A DNA stretch of 64,000 nucleotides from a virus. Positions 1 to 9,040 of this stretch are shown one piece after another. The stretch's first letter is position 1; each line of letters starts with the position of its first letter. The position numbers and the translations under genes were made by a program. The stretch spans positions 1 to 64,000 of the IMG/VR virus record IMGVR_UViG_3300045988_168232; one strand, given 5' to 3'. The notes under the pieces were generated by a model. The model saw only the letters and a list, made by a program, of their open reading frames with translations. It was not told the DNA's origin and did no database searches.

Positions 1-129
1 CGCAATGTTTTATTACAAATTGTGCATTGAATGTAATGAATTTATAGTTTTAAAACTGTGCAATTAACTGATTTTTAAAGAAATATACATATAGGGTGAG
101 TGTGTCCCGTACGCACCGCGATATGATGA

Positions 130-172
130 AAGTCAGTTTTTCCTGTACACTAAAGGAGAACTGACTTTTTTG
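130..172 (+). terminator. Hairpin plus T-run at left edge of window
   Basis: AGTCAGTT (131-138) pairs with AACTGACT (159-166), followed by a T-run at 166-171. Confidence 0.45.
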
Positions 173-327
173 TATATAATTGAAAATCTAAAAGTTGGAT
201 TGCTAAAAGTACAGAATAATGCTGTACACTAAGTGATGATTGAGCAGTGTTAAGGCTAAAGCCTAGTTAGTGATGTGCACGATTTGCGATGAGCATAAGC
301 GTCTATTACTAACTGATAAAAAGCAAT

Positions 328-1593
328 GTGATGATCACTATCAATTACCAGATGTTTGGAAACAAAGGGTTCCAACTCAGATTAAGGCTCTATCAGAGTG
401 GAGAAACAAAATTCATTAATGTTACAAAGATGCTGAAAGGCTCTATTCAAAGGAGGCACTGGAATCAAAAAAAACAGCTCTTTATTCCCAGTTGTCCTTT
501 TAGTGACGAAAATAATTCAATCCTTGTTCAGTTCAGGCAAAAGTATGATGAGGCTGCTATCAATTGGAATGGCAGTGTGTTTGGAATGATTATGGCAATG
601 GAATCATCAGACACATCAGAAGATAAAGGCATGAAGGTATCTGAATTTATTCAGTTCGTCATTGCCAGATTAAAAAAGAATAGACACGCTGATGGAACGT
701 TCAAGGGGAGCTTTGAAGATTATTTGAAATGCGAGAAACGTATTCAGGAATTTTGCAAATTTAAAAGAATCAAGTATTCCAACCTGCTTGTGTCAGAATT
801 AAATGCTTCGTTCGTAAATAGTGTATTTGATTGGGTAGAGCGTTCTCGTAAAGGAAAGGGGATGAGGTACATCTCAAAAACGCTCCATTCGCTAATAATG
901 AAAGCTGATGCCGAAGGACATTTGAAAGCAGAAGATTTCAAGAGTTGCAATTGGTTCAAAAAGCCGCGTGTAAGTTCTCAAAAGTTCAATACCCTTACGG
1001 AAGAACAATGCAAGCAATTTGCTTCGATTGATTTGGCTGAAATATGTAATTCAAGATGGAATGAACTGTATCGCGATTTTTGCCTGTTTATCCTTTATAC
1101 TGGACAGTCAGTCTGTGATGCCGTTGCTCTTAGGTATTCCGACATTGAACAGATTGGCGGAATCAGCCATTTCGTATTTAAACGCAGAAAAATAGCGGAA
1201 AAACAATCTGTTCCATGTTCTGTTCCAATTAATACGGAAATGAATCGTATAATGCTACGTTGGAGGCATTTGTCAAAAGACGGTTATATATTTCCTATTC
1301 GCAATAAGGAGAAGATAAGGACACAGGGGACAAACAATGGGGATATTAAACACTTTATAGGGAGGTTGAATATATGGCTTAAAAAAGTTGGCAAAGCAAT
1401 ACAATGCCCATTCTCGTTACATACATATACGTTTAGGCATACAGCGATAACACGTTATATAAGCAAGGGTGTGCCGGTTATATATGTGGCGAATATGATG
1501 GGGACAAGCGTGGAGAACTGCGAAAAAATCTATTACAACAATCAGGGGGACATTTCCAGCCGGAACAAGGTGTTGGCAGCAATGAAGTTCTGA
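328..1593 (+). CDS. int: Tyrosine site-specific integrase
   Basis: 421 aa. C-terminal catalytic signature 'HTYTFRHTAITRYI' (H-x-x-R) and 'ENCEKIYY' (Tyr), with upstream 'ALRYSDI' Arg box. 328 is GTG; the ATG at 331 is the likelier start. Confidence 0.9.
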   Translation: MMITINYQMFGNKGFQLRLRLYQSGETKFINVTKMLKGSIQRRHWNQKKQLFIPSCPFSDENNSILVQFRQKYDEAAINWNGSVFGMIMAMESSDTSEDKGMKVSEFIQFVIARLKKNRHADGTFKGSFEDYLKCEKRIQEFCKFKRIKYSNLLVSELNASFVNSVFDWVERSRKGKGMRYISKTLHSLIMKADAEGHLKAEDFKSCNWFKKPRVSSQKFNTLTEEQCKQFASIDLAEICNSRWNELYRDFCLFILYTGQSVCDAVALRYSDIEQIGGISHFVFKRRKIAEKQSVPCSVPINTEMNRIMLRWRHLSKDGYIFPIRNKEKIRTQGTNNGDIKHFIGRLNIWLKKVGKAIQCPFSLHTYTFRHTAITRYISKGVPVIYVANMMGTSVENCEKIYYNNQGDISSRNKVLAAMKF

Positions 1594-1741
1594 TTAATCG
1601 GGGTGAAACAATTTAAGCACTTCATACTTTTAATTGGAAAAATATTGTTAATGGAGCCAAATCGTTTAGAAAGGTTTAGAAAATCATGTTTGAAAATTTG
1701 TGTGTATGATTACAATTGACTAATTTCGCAACCGAAAAATT

Positions 1742-2470
1742 ATGGTTATACAAAACCCATATTCGGAGATTCCTCACAAGGTCTTTAATCGGACTTTTCT
1801 ACAGGAAGTTTCGGCAAATATAAAATTTGTCGAAACGCCTTTGTTGAATAATAAAGAAGCAATTATTCATTTCTTAAAATCAAATTTTGGAATAATTGAA
1901 GACTTTCCGGGAGCCCTGACGGTTGGAGGGATAACCTTATCAGCAGAAACGGCAGTTGAAAGATATAATTTCTCAACTACTTCTGCATCTTTAACACTTG
2001 ATGCCAGTATCTATCGGTGCTATAAAGTCACTTTGGCTCCTAAAATTAAACGACTTGTTGAATTTTTAAAGGCTTTAGGGATTGGAAAAATAGAGGCTTT
2101 GACGATCTCTAAGAAAAACTTGTTTAAAGCAACCTCTCCCAATGCTTATTCTTCATGGAGATTTGCATTACATGAATCTTTTAAAGATGAAAGTCTCAGG
2201 GAACTTGCCGCTAACTCATCTGTTAGTGACAAACCGTTTAAAATAACAATTGAGGGGGCTGGAAAATTTGATGGAGGTGAAGTTCGTGTACCTTTTTTGG
2301 TTGAAGTTGTTGATAAAGATAATTTCTATTTTCAAATGGATTTAATAGGAACTGTTTATGATATTGACACTAAAGATATAATTGCGAACGCAGATGTATT
2401 GAATCATATTATATTCAGTACATTTTGTAATATGGTTTCAGATAAAACGATAAATTTATTGCAGCAATAA
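1742..2470 (+). CDS. Hypothetical protein, first gene of 3-gene cassette (possibly TIGR04255-like uncharacterised family)
   Basis: 242-aa ORF. Its stop at 2468-2470 lies 4 nt before the next ATG. The family resemblance is from memory only. Confidence 0.6.
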   Translation: MVIQNPYSEIPHKVFNRTFLQEVSANIKFVETPLLNNKEAIIHFLKSNFGIIEDFPGALTVGGITLSAETAVERYNFSTTSASLTLDASIYRCYKVTLAPKIKRLVEFLKALGIGKIEALTISKKNLFKATSPNAYSSWRFALHESFKDESLRELAANSSVSDKPFKITIEGAGKFDGGEVRVPFLVEVVDKDNFYFQMDLIGTVYDIDTKDIIANADVLNHIIFSTFCNMVSDKTINLLQQ

Positions 2471-2474
2471 TATT

Positions 2475-3068
2475 ATGGAAACAACTGATTACACTTTTTT
2501 ATCGCCAGCATCTTTGCCTAAGGCTAAAAAGACAAAGGTTGTAACACGATTTGTCCTTGCTACTATAGTTGCAGTTGCTTGTACGTCTGATAATGTTGAG
2601 ACAAGTGGTGTTTCCAATAGTGACTTAGTTAGTGTTAATGATATTGTATGTCCTGCAAAGATTGAATGTGTAAAAAATGAAATCTTGACTTTTACAGATT
2701 CTTATTCTGAAAAAGAAAAGATGTTAGGGAAACTTTCTAATTTCTTCTGTAAATTGAACAAAGAGGGGTGGGATGGTTACAATGCCTTTCCCATAGAACG
2801 AGATTCATACTTAAATGCCCGTAAAATAGTAATGGGTACCCCTGACTCGATTCTTCAATTGTGGAATGTCTTTCCATCACCTAACGGCACTATTTCCTTT
2901 GAGTTCAAAGAACGAGAAATTGCGGCAATGAGTGTTGGAAACAAAGACTTCTCGTATGTTGCCATGAAAGAATCTGGAGATTCCATTATGGAACAGAGGG
3001 AATTTAATACAGATAAAGCGGTTGAGGCTCTCATTTCTATGAGCAACCTGTTTGGCTATTTTACTTAA
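2475..3068 (+). CDS. Hypothetical membrane-anchored protein or lipoprotein
   Basis: 197 aa. Hydrophobic segment 'FVLATIVAVAC' with a lipobox-like Cys, and a C-terminal 'EGWDGYNAFPI' domain. Translationally coupled to both neighbours. Confidence 0.6.
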   Translation: METTDYTFLSPASLPKAKKTKVVTRFVLATIVAVACTSDNVETSGVSNSDLVSVNDIVCPAKIECVKNEILTFTDSYSEKEKMLGKLSNFFCKLNKEGWDGYNAFPIERDSYLNARKIVMGTPDSILQLWNVFPSPNGTISFEFKEREIAAMSVGNKDFSYVAMKESGDSIMEQREFNTDKAVEALISMSNLFGYFT

Positions 3069-3069
3069 T

Positions 3070-3522
3070 ATGGATCAAACATTATACGATGTTGATGAAT
3101 CAGAAGAAGTTGCCCGTATCCTTTTTTCTCCAACAATGGTTCAAGAAGGGAGGATAAGTCGCAATGCGTTTTTCTTGGAACAATTACGTAATGGTAAATG
3201 GGAAAAATATCTATCCGTATGGCGTACCTTACACAAGGTTCCTACACGAGAAAATGTAACTTTTCCTCCACGCACTCCTGGCGATGAAGCGTTTGGATAT
3301 GCGACATTAAACGTTGGTGTTATTCATACTCAGGATATAATGGATTGTACAGCAAGGGTTAAAAGAAACGTAAAGAATGAAAATCATTATCATGTAGGTA
3401 TTTTCTATGAGTTAGCTCAACAACCGATTGTAGGAAAATGTGATGCGGTGTCGTTTATGGCTCTCACGATGGCATTAGCAAACAAGGCTGCCCTTATTCC
3501 TTTTCCAAAAAGGGAAAAATAG
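3070..3522 (+). CDS. Hypothetical protein, third gene of cassette
   Basis: The ATG at 3070 is 1 nt after the TAA of the previous gene; the track start at 3052 is TTG. 150 aa with no recognisable motif. Confidence 0.55.
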   Translation: MDQTLYDVDESEEVARILFSPTMVQEGRISRNAFFLEQLRNGKWEKYLSVWRTLHKVPTRENVTFPPRTPGDEAFGYATLNVGVIHTQDIMDCTARVKRNVKNENHYHVGIFYELAQQPIVGKCDAVSFMALTMALANKAALIPFPKREK

Positions 3523-3649
3523 TGTTTTGGAAGTTATCAAATAGAGATAATGACGGACAAGTACAATTCATTTGAAAATCCAGAATCCAGATATAAGAGA
3601 ACTTATAACTGAATCCCGTTTACATTTACACAAAATTGTGGACAGTGCC

Positions 3650-4174
3650 TTATTCCGATTCAATCTTGCCCGTATATTGATTTCCTTTGAATTTCATTCC
3701 TTTGGTAAAGCAACCTGGATAACCTAACTCTTTACCTTTTATGTGGGCAAGCAATAAGTTCTTTTTACTGGTGGAAGAAATAAATTCCTTATCTTTTTCC
3801 AAGCCAAGTTCGCGGGCTTTTCTGGTAACACTACGCTCTGAAACACCAAGCATTTCAGCCAATTCACGATTAATAGTGTTATGGTAATGGCGTTGCATGA
3901 TGGAAAGCATATTTCCATTCCAAAAGATACGTGTGGAATAGCCTTTGTGTTCTACAATACGGTGCAATTTCCGATGCATAAAAGTTCCGTCAACCACTTT
4001 CAGTTTCTTTTGGTAATACTCACGTTTGTACTTCAGCACGCAATCATGGCACCAGGAACTCCGTCCACCTTTCTTTAACGGATAAAATTCCTTCAGCCAT
4101 AATTTACGTCCACAATGTGGGCAAATTTTCTTTCTATGTTTTTTAATTTTATTCATAGACGATTGATTTGGCAA
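3650..4174 (-). CDS. Zinc-ribbon / HTH DNA-binding protein (putative regulator)
   Basis: N-terminal 'CPHCGRK...WCHDC' four-Cys ribbon. C-terminal HTH-like 'NRELAEMLGVSERSVTRKARELG'. Confidence 0.6.
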   Translation of the reverse strand: MPNQSSMNKIKKHRKKICPHCGRKLWLKEFYPLKKGGRSSWCHDCVLKYKREYYQKKLKVVDGTFMHRKLHRIVEHKGYSTRIFWNGNMLSIMQRHYHNTINRELAEMLGVSERSVTRKARELGLEKDKEFISSTSKKNLLLAHIKGKELGYPGCFTKGMKFKGNQYTGKIESE

Positions 4175-4378
4175 TCATTTAAAAACATTCTCAGCTTCTT
4201 CTATTAATTCTATCATATATCCGACAGAAGGGGCGCAGCCTTTTTCCATTTTAGCGATTTTCTGGCAGAATCGGATGGACTTGGCCACTGTCCTGTCAGC
4301 TTTCATCTTGTCTTGGACTTGTTTTGGTAAAGCGTTTTGAGCTTCTTTGTCGAATGTTATACATCTGATTTTTTTCAT
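4175..4378 (-). CDS. Hypothetical protein
   Basis: 67-aa ORF that abuts the start of the downstream gene (4174/4175) in a co-directional array. Confidence 0.5.
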   Translation of the reverse strand: MKKIRCITFDKEAQNALPKQVQDKMKADRTVAKSIRFCQKIAKMEKGCAPSVGYMIELIEEAENVFK

Positions 4379-4389
4379 TTTTATCGTAT

Positions 4390-4629
4390 TTAATCCAAAT
4401 CATTGAAATCCTTTATCTCGTATTCCCAATCTATTGCATCCGATTCATGTACATGGTCTGATAGCCATTCGGAAGCTGTCTGTTCTTCATTGTCAAATCC
4501 GTCTGTTGTAACTTGCCCACCTTCGTCATAACAATTGGATAACGCTTCATAAACATCATCAGATACTTGTACGTTACTCAATCCTACTGTGTATGTTACT
4601 TTTATTGTTAAATCTTTAATCGTTTTCAT
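4390..4629 (-). CDS. Hypothetical acidic protein
   Basis: 79-aa ORF rich in D/E, packed into the array. Confidence 0.5.
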   Translation of the reverse strand: MKTIKDLTIKVTYTVGLSNVQVSDDVYEALSNCYDEGGQVTTDGFDNEEQTASEWLSDHVHESDAIDWEYEIKDFNDLD

Positions 4630-4651
4630 AATCTATTTGGGTGTTGGTTTA

Positions 4652-4885
4652 TTATTCGTTTATACTTGGAAGCTGACCGGATTTCATATAATAATCCAAC
4701 CTTTCAAGTGAAGAGGTTTCTTTTCCGTTTATTATATCAACTACGCAATTCCATGAACGCATTACATTCCGATCCAAACATGTTACTCTTTTAGGAGAAT
4801 CAAGTGCACTTGCCACCATACGAAGTGTATCGGCTATTTCTTTTAACTCCCAAAGAGGGACATTTATCATTTTCGATTCATTCAT
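4652..4885 (-). CDS. Hypothetical protein
   Basis: 77-aa ORF that overlaps the upstream gene by 8 nt. Confidence 0.5.
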   Translation of the reverse strand: MNESKMINVPLWELKEIADTLRMVASALDSPKRVTCLDRNVMRSWNCVVDIINGKETSSLERLDYYMKSGQLPSINE

Positions 4886-5123
4886 ACCCCTTATTCAGTA
4901 TTTCAATACATTGCTTTACTCCATCATCGAAACCATGCTTATACCCTTTAGCGTATTCTCCAATGTTATATACCGCCATTGCCAACACAAACAGGATGAT
5001 ACCTACAGGCTTATACCAACTGGGAAGTGATATAGAAAACGGCTTAAATGTAATTGTGAGATCTCCAACCCATAATAGGGCGATAATACATATGATTGTA
5101 AATATAATTGTTTTCATAATCAT
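4878..5123 (-). CDS. Small membrane protein
   Basis: 81 aa with two hydrophobic stretches (IIFTIICIIALLWV and VGIILFVLAMAVY). Confidence 0.55.
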   Translation of the reverse strand: MIMKTIIFTIICIIALLWVGDLTITFKPFSISLPSWYKPVGIILFVLAMAVYNIGEYAKGYKHGFDDGVKQCIEILNKGYE

Positions 5124-5530
5124 ATAAGTTTTAATGCTTCCTGTAATCCTGCTTCAAGTGCTTCCTCGTAGGTGGTGACATATACTTTATAGCCATTCCC
5201 CTTGTTTATTTCGTTCTCCATCCAGTCGCTTTCTTCTGTTGGAACATTGAAATCACAAAAAGAGACCTTCCATTTTTTTCCAATAACAGGTTCTACCCAT
5301 ACATACACACCTTTTATTTCTCGTAGCCATTTCTGGGCTTGGTATAAAGAAGGAATCGGTATTGCGTTCTTAATATTCTTGTGACGCACGATTTTCTCAT
5401 TAATGATACAACCCCTAGAAGCTCCAATGACGTCATCATCTTGGTCTAATATACAATATTCATAAGTCTCATCAAATCCTTTCTCTTTCAGCAGCTTCGC
5501 TGTTTCTAATGTTACAAGTTCTTCGGTCAT
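5120..5530 (-). CDS. Hypothetical phage protein (paralogue family with 6453..6848 and 10416..10895)
   Basis: 136 aa. 'ETAKLLKEKGFDE' and 'IPIPSLYQAQKWL' motifs are shared with the paralogues. Confidence 0.6.
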   Translation of the reverse strand: MTEELVTLETAKLLKEKGFDETYEYCILDQDDDVIGASRGCIINEKIVRHKNIKNAIPIPSLYQAQKWLREIKGVYVWVEPVIGKKWKVSFCDFNVPTEESDWMENEINKGNGYKVYVTTYEEALEAGLQEALKLI

Positions 5531-5532
5531 GG

Positions 5533-5967
5533 TTATTCCTTTTTTAATTCATTCAAAACCTTCTTTACGAGCTCGTGGCGTGGTAATTGCCAATCCTTCG
5601 CAATATCATCTATTTTATCATCATAATGATTGTCGTAAACATACTGATTTAAGTTGTCAACAAACCCATCACTATCAAGTCCTTCGTCACAATCATCAAA
5701 CATATCAAGTTCACAGGCTAACTTGGAGCAATCACAGTGACTCACCCAGTCATAAACATGCCCGTCATAAACATTGGTCTGCCTGTTGTATTTTTCTCCA
5801 ACGTGTATTACTTCACCGCAAAATTCACATCTATGCTCTTTGCAAGCGATAGGAGTTTTATCTCTTAATACTTTCATATCTTTAAACATAACGTTTAGTA
5901 ATATTACCGAATGAAATATGCCGATACCAAACAATATTTCCACGCTGAATACTAGTAAGCCAATCAC
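5533..5967 (-). CDS. Cys/His-rich hypothetical protein
   Basis: 'CKEHRCEFCGEVIHVGE...SHCDC'. The start is uncertain: internal Met codons at 5889 and 5877 would remove the hydrophobic N-terminus. Confidence 0.5.
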   Translation of the reverse strand: MIGLLVFSVEILFGIGIFHSVILLNVMFKDMKVLRDKTPIACKEHRCEFCGEVIHVGEKYNRQTNVYDGHVYDWVSHCDCSKLACELDMFDDCDEGLDSDGFVDNLNQYVYDNHYDDKIDDIAKDWQLPRHELVKKVLNELKKE

Positions 5968-6036
5968 AAGCCTTAAAAACTTGTCCTACATTGTATAGGA
6001 ATGGTCTTTTTTGTATTTTTCTTTTTATTCTTGCTT

Positions 6037-6450
6037 TCATTGTTCCTCCTTTCCTTTAAAGCATTCGATCAGTTCGTCTACAGTAGCCTTGTGAACGGTA
6101 TCTATATTAACATCAATATCATTGTAAACCCAATAGGAAGAGAACTTGATTGCAGGACACATAATCCATTTATTCCCATCCGTAAACCATTGGTACTTGT
6201 CCGTATCATCCCTTAATGCAGCGATAGCCAGAAAAAGTTCTTCATTCGCTCCGCAATCAATAAGACCATCTATTTCTTTAAGACCATTTGTATCATAATC
6301 GTCCAATGAATAAACCGAATTAATTCCAAATACACAAGTAAATAGATTATGCCAACCTAAATATGGATTACAATAATAGCCAAGTTCTTTTAATCTATTT
6401 CTAATATTAGCAGTATTCTTGTGTATAAAACACTGTGTTGTAAATCCCAT
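6037..6450 (-). CDS. Hypothetical protein
   Basis: 137-aa ORF, 2-nt gap to the upstream gene. Confidence 0.55.
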   Translation of the reverse strand: MGFTTQCFIHKNTANIRNRLKELGYYCNPYLGWHNLFTCVFGINSVYSLDDYDTNGLKEIDGLIDCGANEELFLAIAALRDDTDKYQWFTDGNKWIMCPAIKFSSYWVYNDIDVNIDTVHKATVDELIECFKGKEEQ

Positions 6451-6452
6451 AA

Positions 6453-6848
6453 TTATTCCTTCTTCCCAACTTTAACATATCCGTTTTCAATGCACCAGCA
6501 CAACATATCGTATGCTGCATCAATGAGTTCTTTACTCTCTGTAATCTTTATAATAGACCTAGTATAAAGTTCCACATACAAGCACGTATAGCTATCTGCA
6601 AGTTTTTGGATGGTCAGCACTTCTTTGCCAATAAAGCAAGGCAACTTATCGAGAATATCCTGCAAGGTGTAAGCAGGGCATACATGATCTTCACTAAATA
6701 GGCTTTCACTCCAAACCGATAAATCCCAAACTGAATTAGGTATTCCATCAAGTATTTTTGGATGCCACAAAAGCATACTTGTATTTTTTAATTCAATTCC
6801 AATCTTCTGTAAATATTTCATCTGTCCAACTGACAATACCTGTTTCAT
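6453..6848 (-). CDS. Hypothetical phage protein (paralogue family)
   Basis: 131 aa. 'QMKYLQKIGIE' and 'CPAYTLQDILDKLP' match 10416..10895 ('IPAWSLSRLLEMIP'). Confidence 0.6.
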   Translation of the reverse strand: MKQVLSVGQMKYLQKIGIELKNTSMLLWHPKILDGIPNSVWDLSVWSESLFSEDHVCPAYTLQDILDKLPCFIGKEVLTIQKLADSYTCLYVELYTRSIIKITESKELIDAAYDMLCWCIENGYVKVGKKE

Positions 6849-7060
6849 TCCTTTTCCTCCTTATCTATCTTAATATCCGTTACTTTACCACGATTAATAA
6901 AACGTTCATCAGAGTTATAATATCCAGCAATTACTGTACACAAGGAACGATCTGTTCTACATTGTTCTTGTAGACTACAATTGTCACATGGTGCACTATT
7001 CCGCATTAATACTAATTCATGCAGCACTCCATCTATTATTATTCCGTTCTTTACTTTCAT
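6845..7060 (-). CDS. Small Cys-rich protein
   Basis: 71 aa, 'CDNCSLQEQC...LCTVIAG'. A decayed copy lies at 20547..20738. Confidence 0.55.
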   Translation of the reverse strand: MKVKNGIIIDGVLHELVLMRNSAPCDNCSLQEQCRTDRSLCTVIAGYYNSDERFINRGKVTDIKIDKEEKE

Positions 7061-7062
7061 AA

Positions 7063-7272
7063 TTAATCTCCTTTTTCTTTTGATTCATCAATTACAACAC
7101 CCCTAATATCTCTTTCACCAAATAATTTATAAGTAAGCGTTCCTCCATAAAACTTTATGGTATCTCCCTTAACAGTAATAACCATTCCACCTTTTAATCT
7201 ATGTTCCATATCATCTTTACAAGATAACATCGTGGTTGCCATAAGTATAATTAATATAAACCTCATATTCAA
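7063..7272 (-). CDS. Small lipoprotein
   Basis: Signal peptide with lipobox 'ILMATTMLSC'. 69 aa. Confidence 0.6.
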   Translation of the reverse strand: MNMRFILIILMATTMLSCKDDMEHRLKGGMVITVKGDTIKFYGGTLTYKLFGERDIRGVVIDESKEKGD

Positions 7273-7646
7273 TCTCCTTTCTGTTTAATTCGTTCAAGCA
7301 CATTCCTGTTTTCTTCGAGTATATCGTCAAAGGATGGTATAGGCATCCAATAGATGGGTTTACTATTATGGCATACCCACTTCCCGTTCATTACAAAAGC
7401 TACTTCGTAATAATATCTACCCTCGTAATTAGTCCCAACCAAAACACTTTCTAACTCTTCTGGCAACCGTTCCTTAACGCTAATCCAAGGTGATTGCTTT
7501 GACTGCCATTCGACACCTAATATAAAAGGACATTTAACATTTTTGCTACTATAATATCCATCATATGCCTGTGCATGATTAGGGCAATCTTGACAGCCCA
7601 TTTCGCATTGTGAGCTTATTGCCGCTTCTTCTACTGTCTGTTTCAT
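7269..7646 (-). CDS. DUF551-like phage protein
   Basis: 'WISVKERLPEELESVLV' is typical of the DUF551 domain. N-terminal Cys cluster. Confidence 0.5.
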   Translation of the reverse strand: MKQTVEEAAISSQCEMGCQDCPNHAQAYDGYYSSKNVKCPFILGVEWQSKQSPWISVKERLPEELESVLVGTNYEGRYYYEVAFVMNGKWVCHNSKPIYWMPIPSFDDILEENRNVLERIKQKGD

Positions 7647-7878
7647 ATCTTATCCTTTCCACCTATCCTAAAAGCATATACATTACTACTAGGAATAGAT
7701 AATAAATTGTTGTTTTACTCATTTCTTTCTTTTGTTATTACATATTGCAATCTCCACACATATCCACAAGGCGATCAAATTCTTCTCGTGAGTATTCAAA
7801 TCCATTGATTACGATTACCTCGTTACCATTTTCGCCAAAATAAACTCCATCATTCATTTCTTATTTGTTATTAGTTAA

Positions 7879-8142
7879 TTACCAATCTCCACCATCATTT
7901 AATATGCCATCAATAGTAGTTACACTATTTTCAATATTATTGCCTCCATATTGTGTAAATTCCGGTGTAGGATTATAGTCTGTATCTCCATGCATCATTA
8001 CATGAAGTGAACCACTGGCTGAATACAGCCAAAGGCGTTTACCGTCCTTTTCCCACTTTTTTGCAAGTCGTTTCAAAGAGTCAATCAACTTACATTCTTC
8101 GGGAGTACATTCTATCCCAGCTTTTGTTTGATATTTGCTCAT
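7879..8142 (-). CDS. Hypothetical protein
   Basis: 87-aa ORF in the array. Confidence 0.5.
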   Translation of the reverse strand: MSKYQTKAGIECTPEECKLIDSLKRLAKKWEKDGKRLWLYSASGSLHVMMHGDTDYNPTPEFTQYGGNNIENSVTTIDGILNDGGDW

Positions 8143-8144
8143 TT

Positions 8145-8348
8145 CTAATCTATTTTGAATTTTTTATTCATTTCTTTTTCCGCAGCTTTAACACCTTTTT
8201 TGAACCCCTCCACAAAGCTGTCAAAACAAGCTCTATGGATCTCCAAAGTACACCTTTTCATAATCGGACATACAGAACATTTTTGGCTAAGTCCGGCTGA
8301 TTTCTTGGCTATTTTCGTTACATTTTTCATGATTATATAATTTATCAT
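8145..8348 (-). CDS. Hypothetical small Cys-containing protein
   Basis: 67-aa ORF, 2-nt gap to the downstream gene. Confidence 0.45.
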   Translation of the reverse strand: MINYIIMKNVTKIAKKSAGLSQKCSVCPIMKRCTLEIHRACFDSFVEGFKKGVKAAEKEMNKKFKID

Positions 8349-8463
8349 TAAATTCTTTTTCTTTCAGAGCTTTTTTACAAGTTTTTTCTTTCATAATCCG
8401 TGGACAATCACAATTTTCAGATCTGTCATTGTACCAACAACAATAATCGCACTGGTGCATTAG

Positions 8464-8964
8464 TTATTTTTTTATTTGATTTGAATTAATAGGTAGTTTC
8501 ATGAAGCACATCCACATAGTTTTGCCATGCCTTCCGGTGGTATGACCAAACAATGGCTGTCGTCCGATGGCTTTCAATACTTCTTTAACCGTTATCTGGT
8601 CTTCATTCCATTTGAAAATGAGAACGCCGTAATCTTCAAGTACTCGAAAGCATTCATCAATTCCCTTTTTTATCACCCTTGGCCAATCTTCGGGAAGTTT
8701 ACCGTACTTCTTGGCCAACCAACTTTCTTTACCCACATTTAGAAGATGGGGCGGATCAAAGACTACCAGTTTAAAAGATTCATTCAGAAATGGCATATTG
8801 GAAAAATCTGATATGATATCTGGATGAATTTGAAGTTTGCGCCCATCACATAAAACACATTCCTCTTCTCTTATATCAGCAAATAAAGTTAGTGGATTAT
8901 GCTTGTCAAACCAAAACATCCGGCTTCCACAACAAGCATCCAATATGATTTTCTTATCTGTCAT
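8464..8964 (-). CDS. SAM-dependent DNA amino-methyltransferase (orphan)
   Basis: Motif I 'ILDACCGS' and motif IV 'FDPPH' ((D/N/S)PP(Y/F/H) type). No adjacent endonuclease. Confidence 0.7.
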   Translation of the reverse strand: MTDKKIILDACCGSRMFWFDKHNPLTLFADIREEECVLCDGRKLQIHPDIISDFSNMPFLNESFKLVVFDPPHLLNVGKESWLAKKYGKLPEDWPRVIKKGIDECFRVLEDYGVLIFKWNEDQITVKEVLKAIGRQPLFGHTTGRHGKTMWMCFMKLPINSNQIKK

Positions 8965-9040
8965 TGTTTATTTATTCAAATTTGTGAATAAAGACGTATG
9001 GTTTTTCGCTTTCATACGTCTTTGACGAATACTTTCTGTT

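Noticed and set aside
3052-3069. TTG start at 3052 for the third cassette gene
   Set aside because: It overlaps the end of the previous gene. The ATG at 3070, 1 nt after the upstream stop, is the more parsimonious coupled start.
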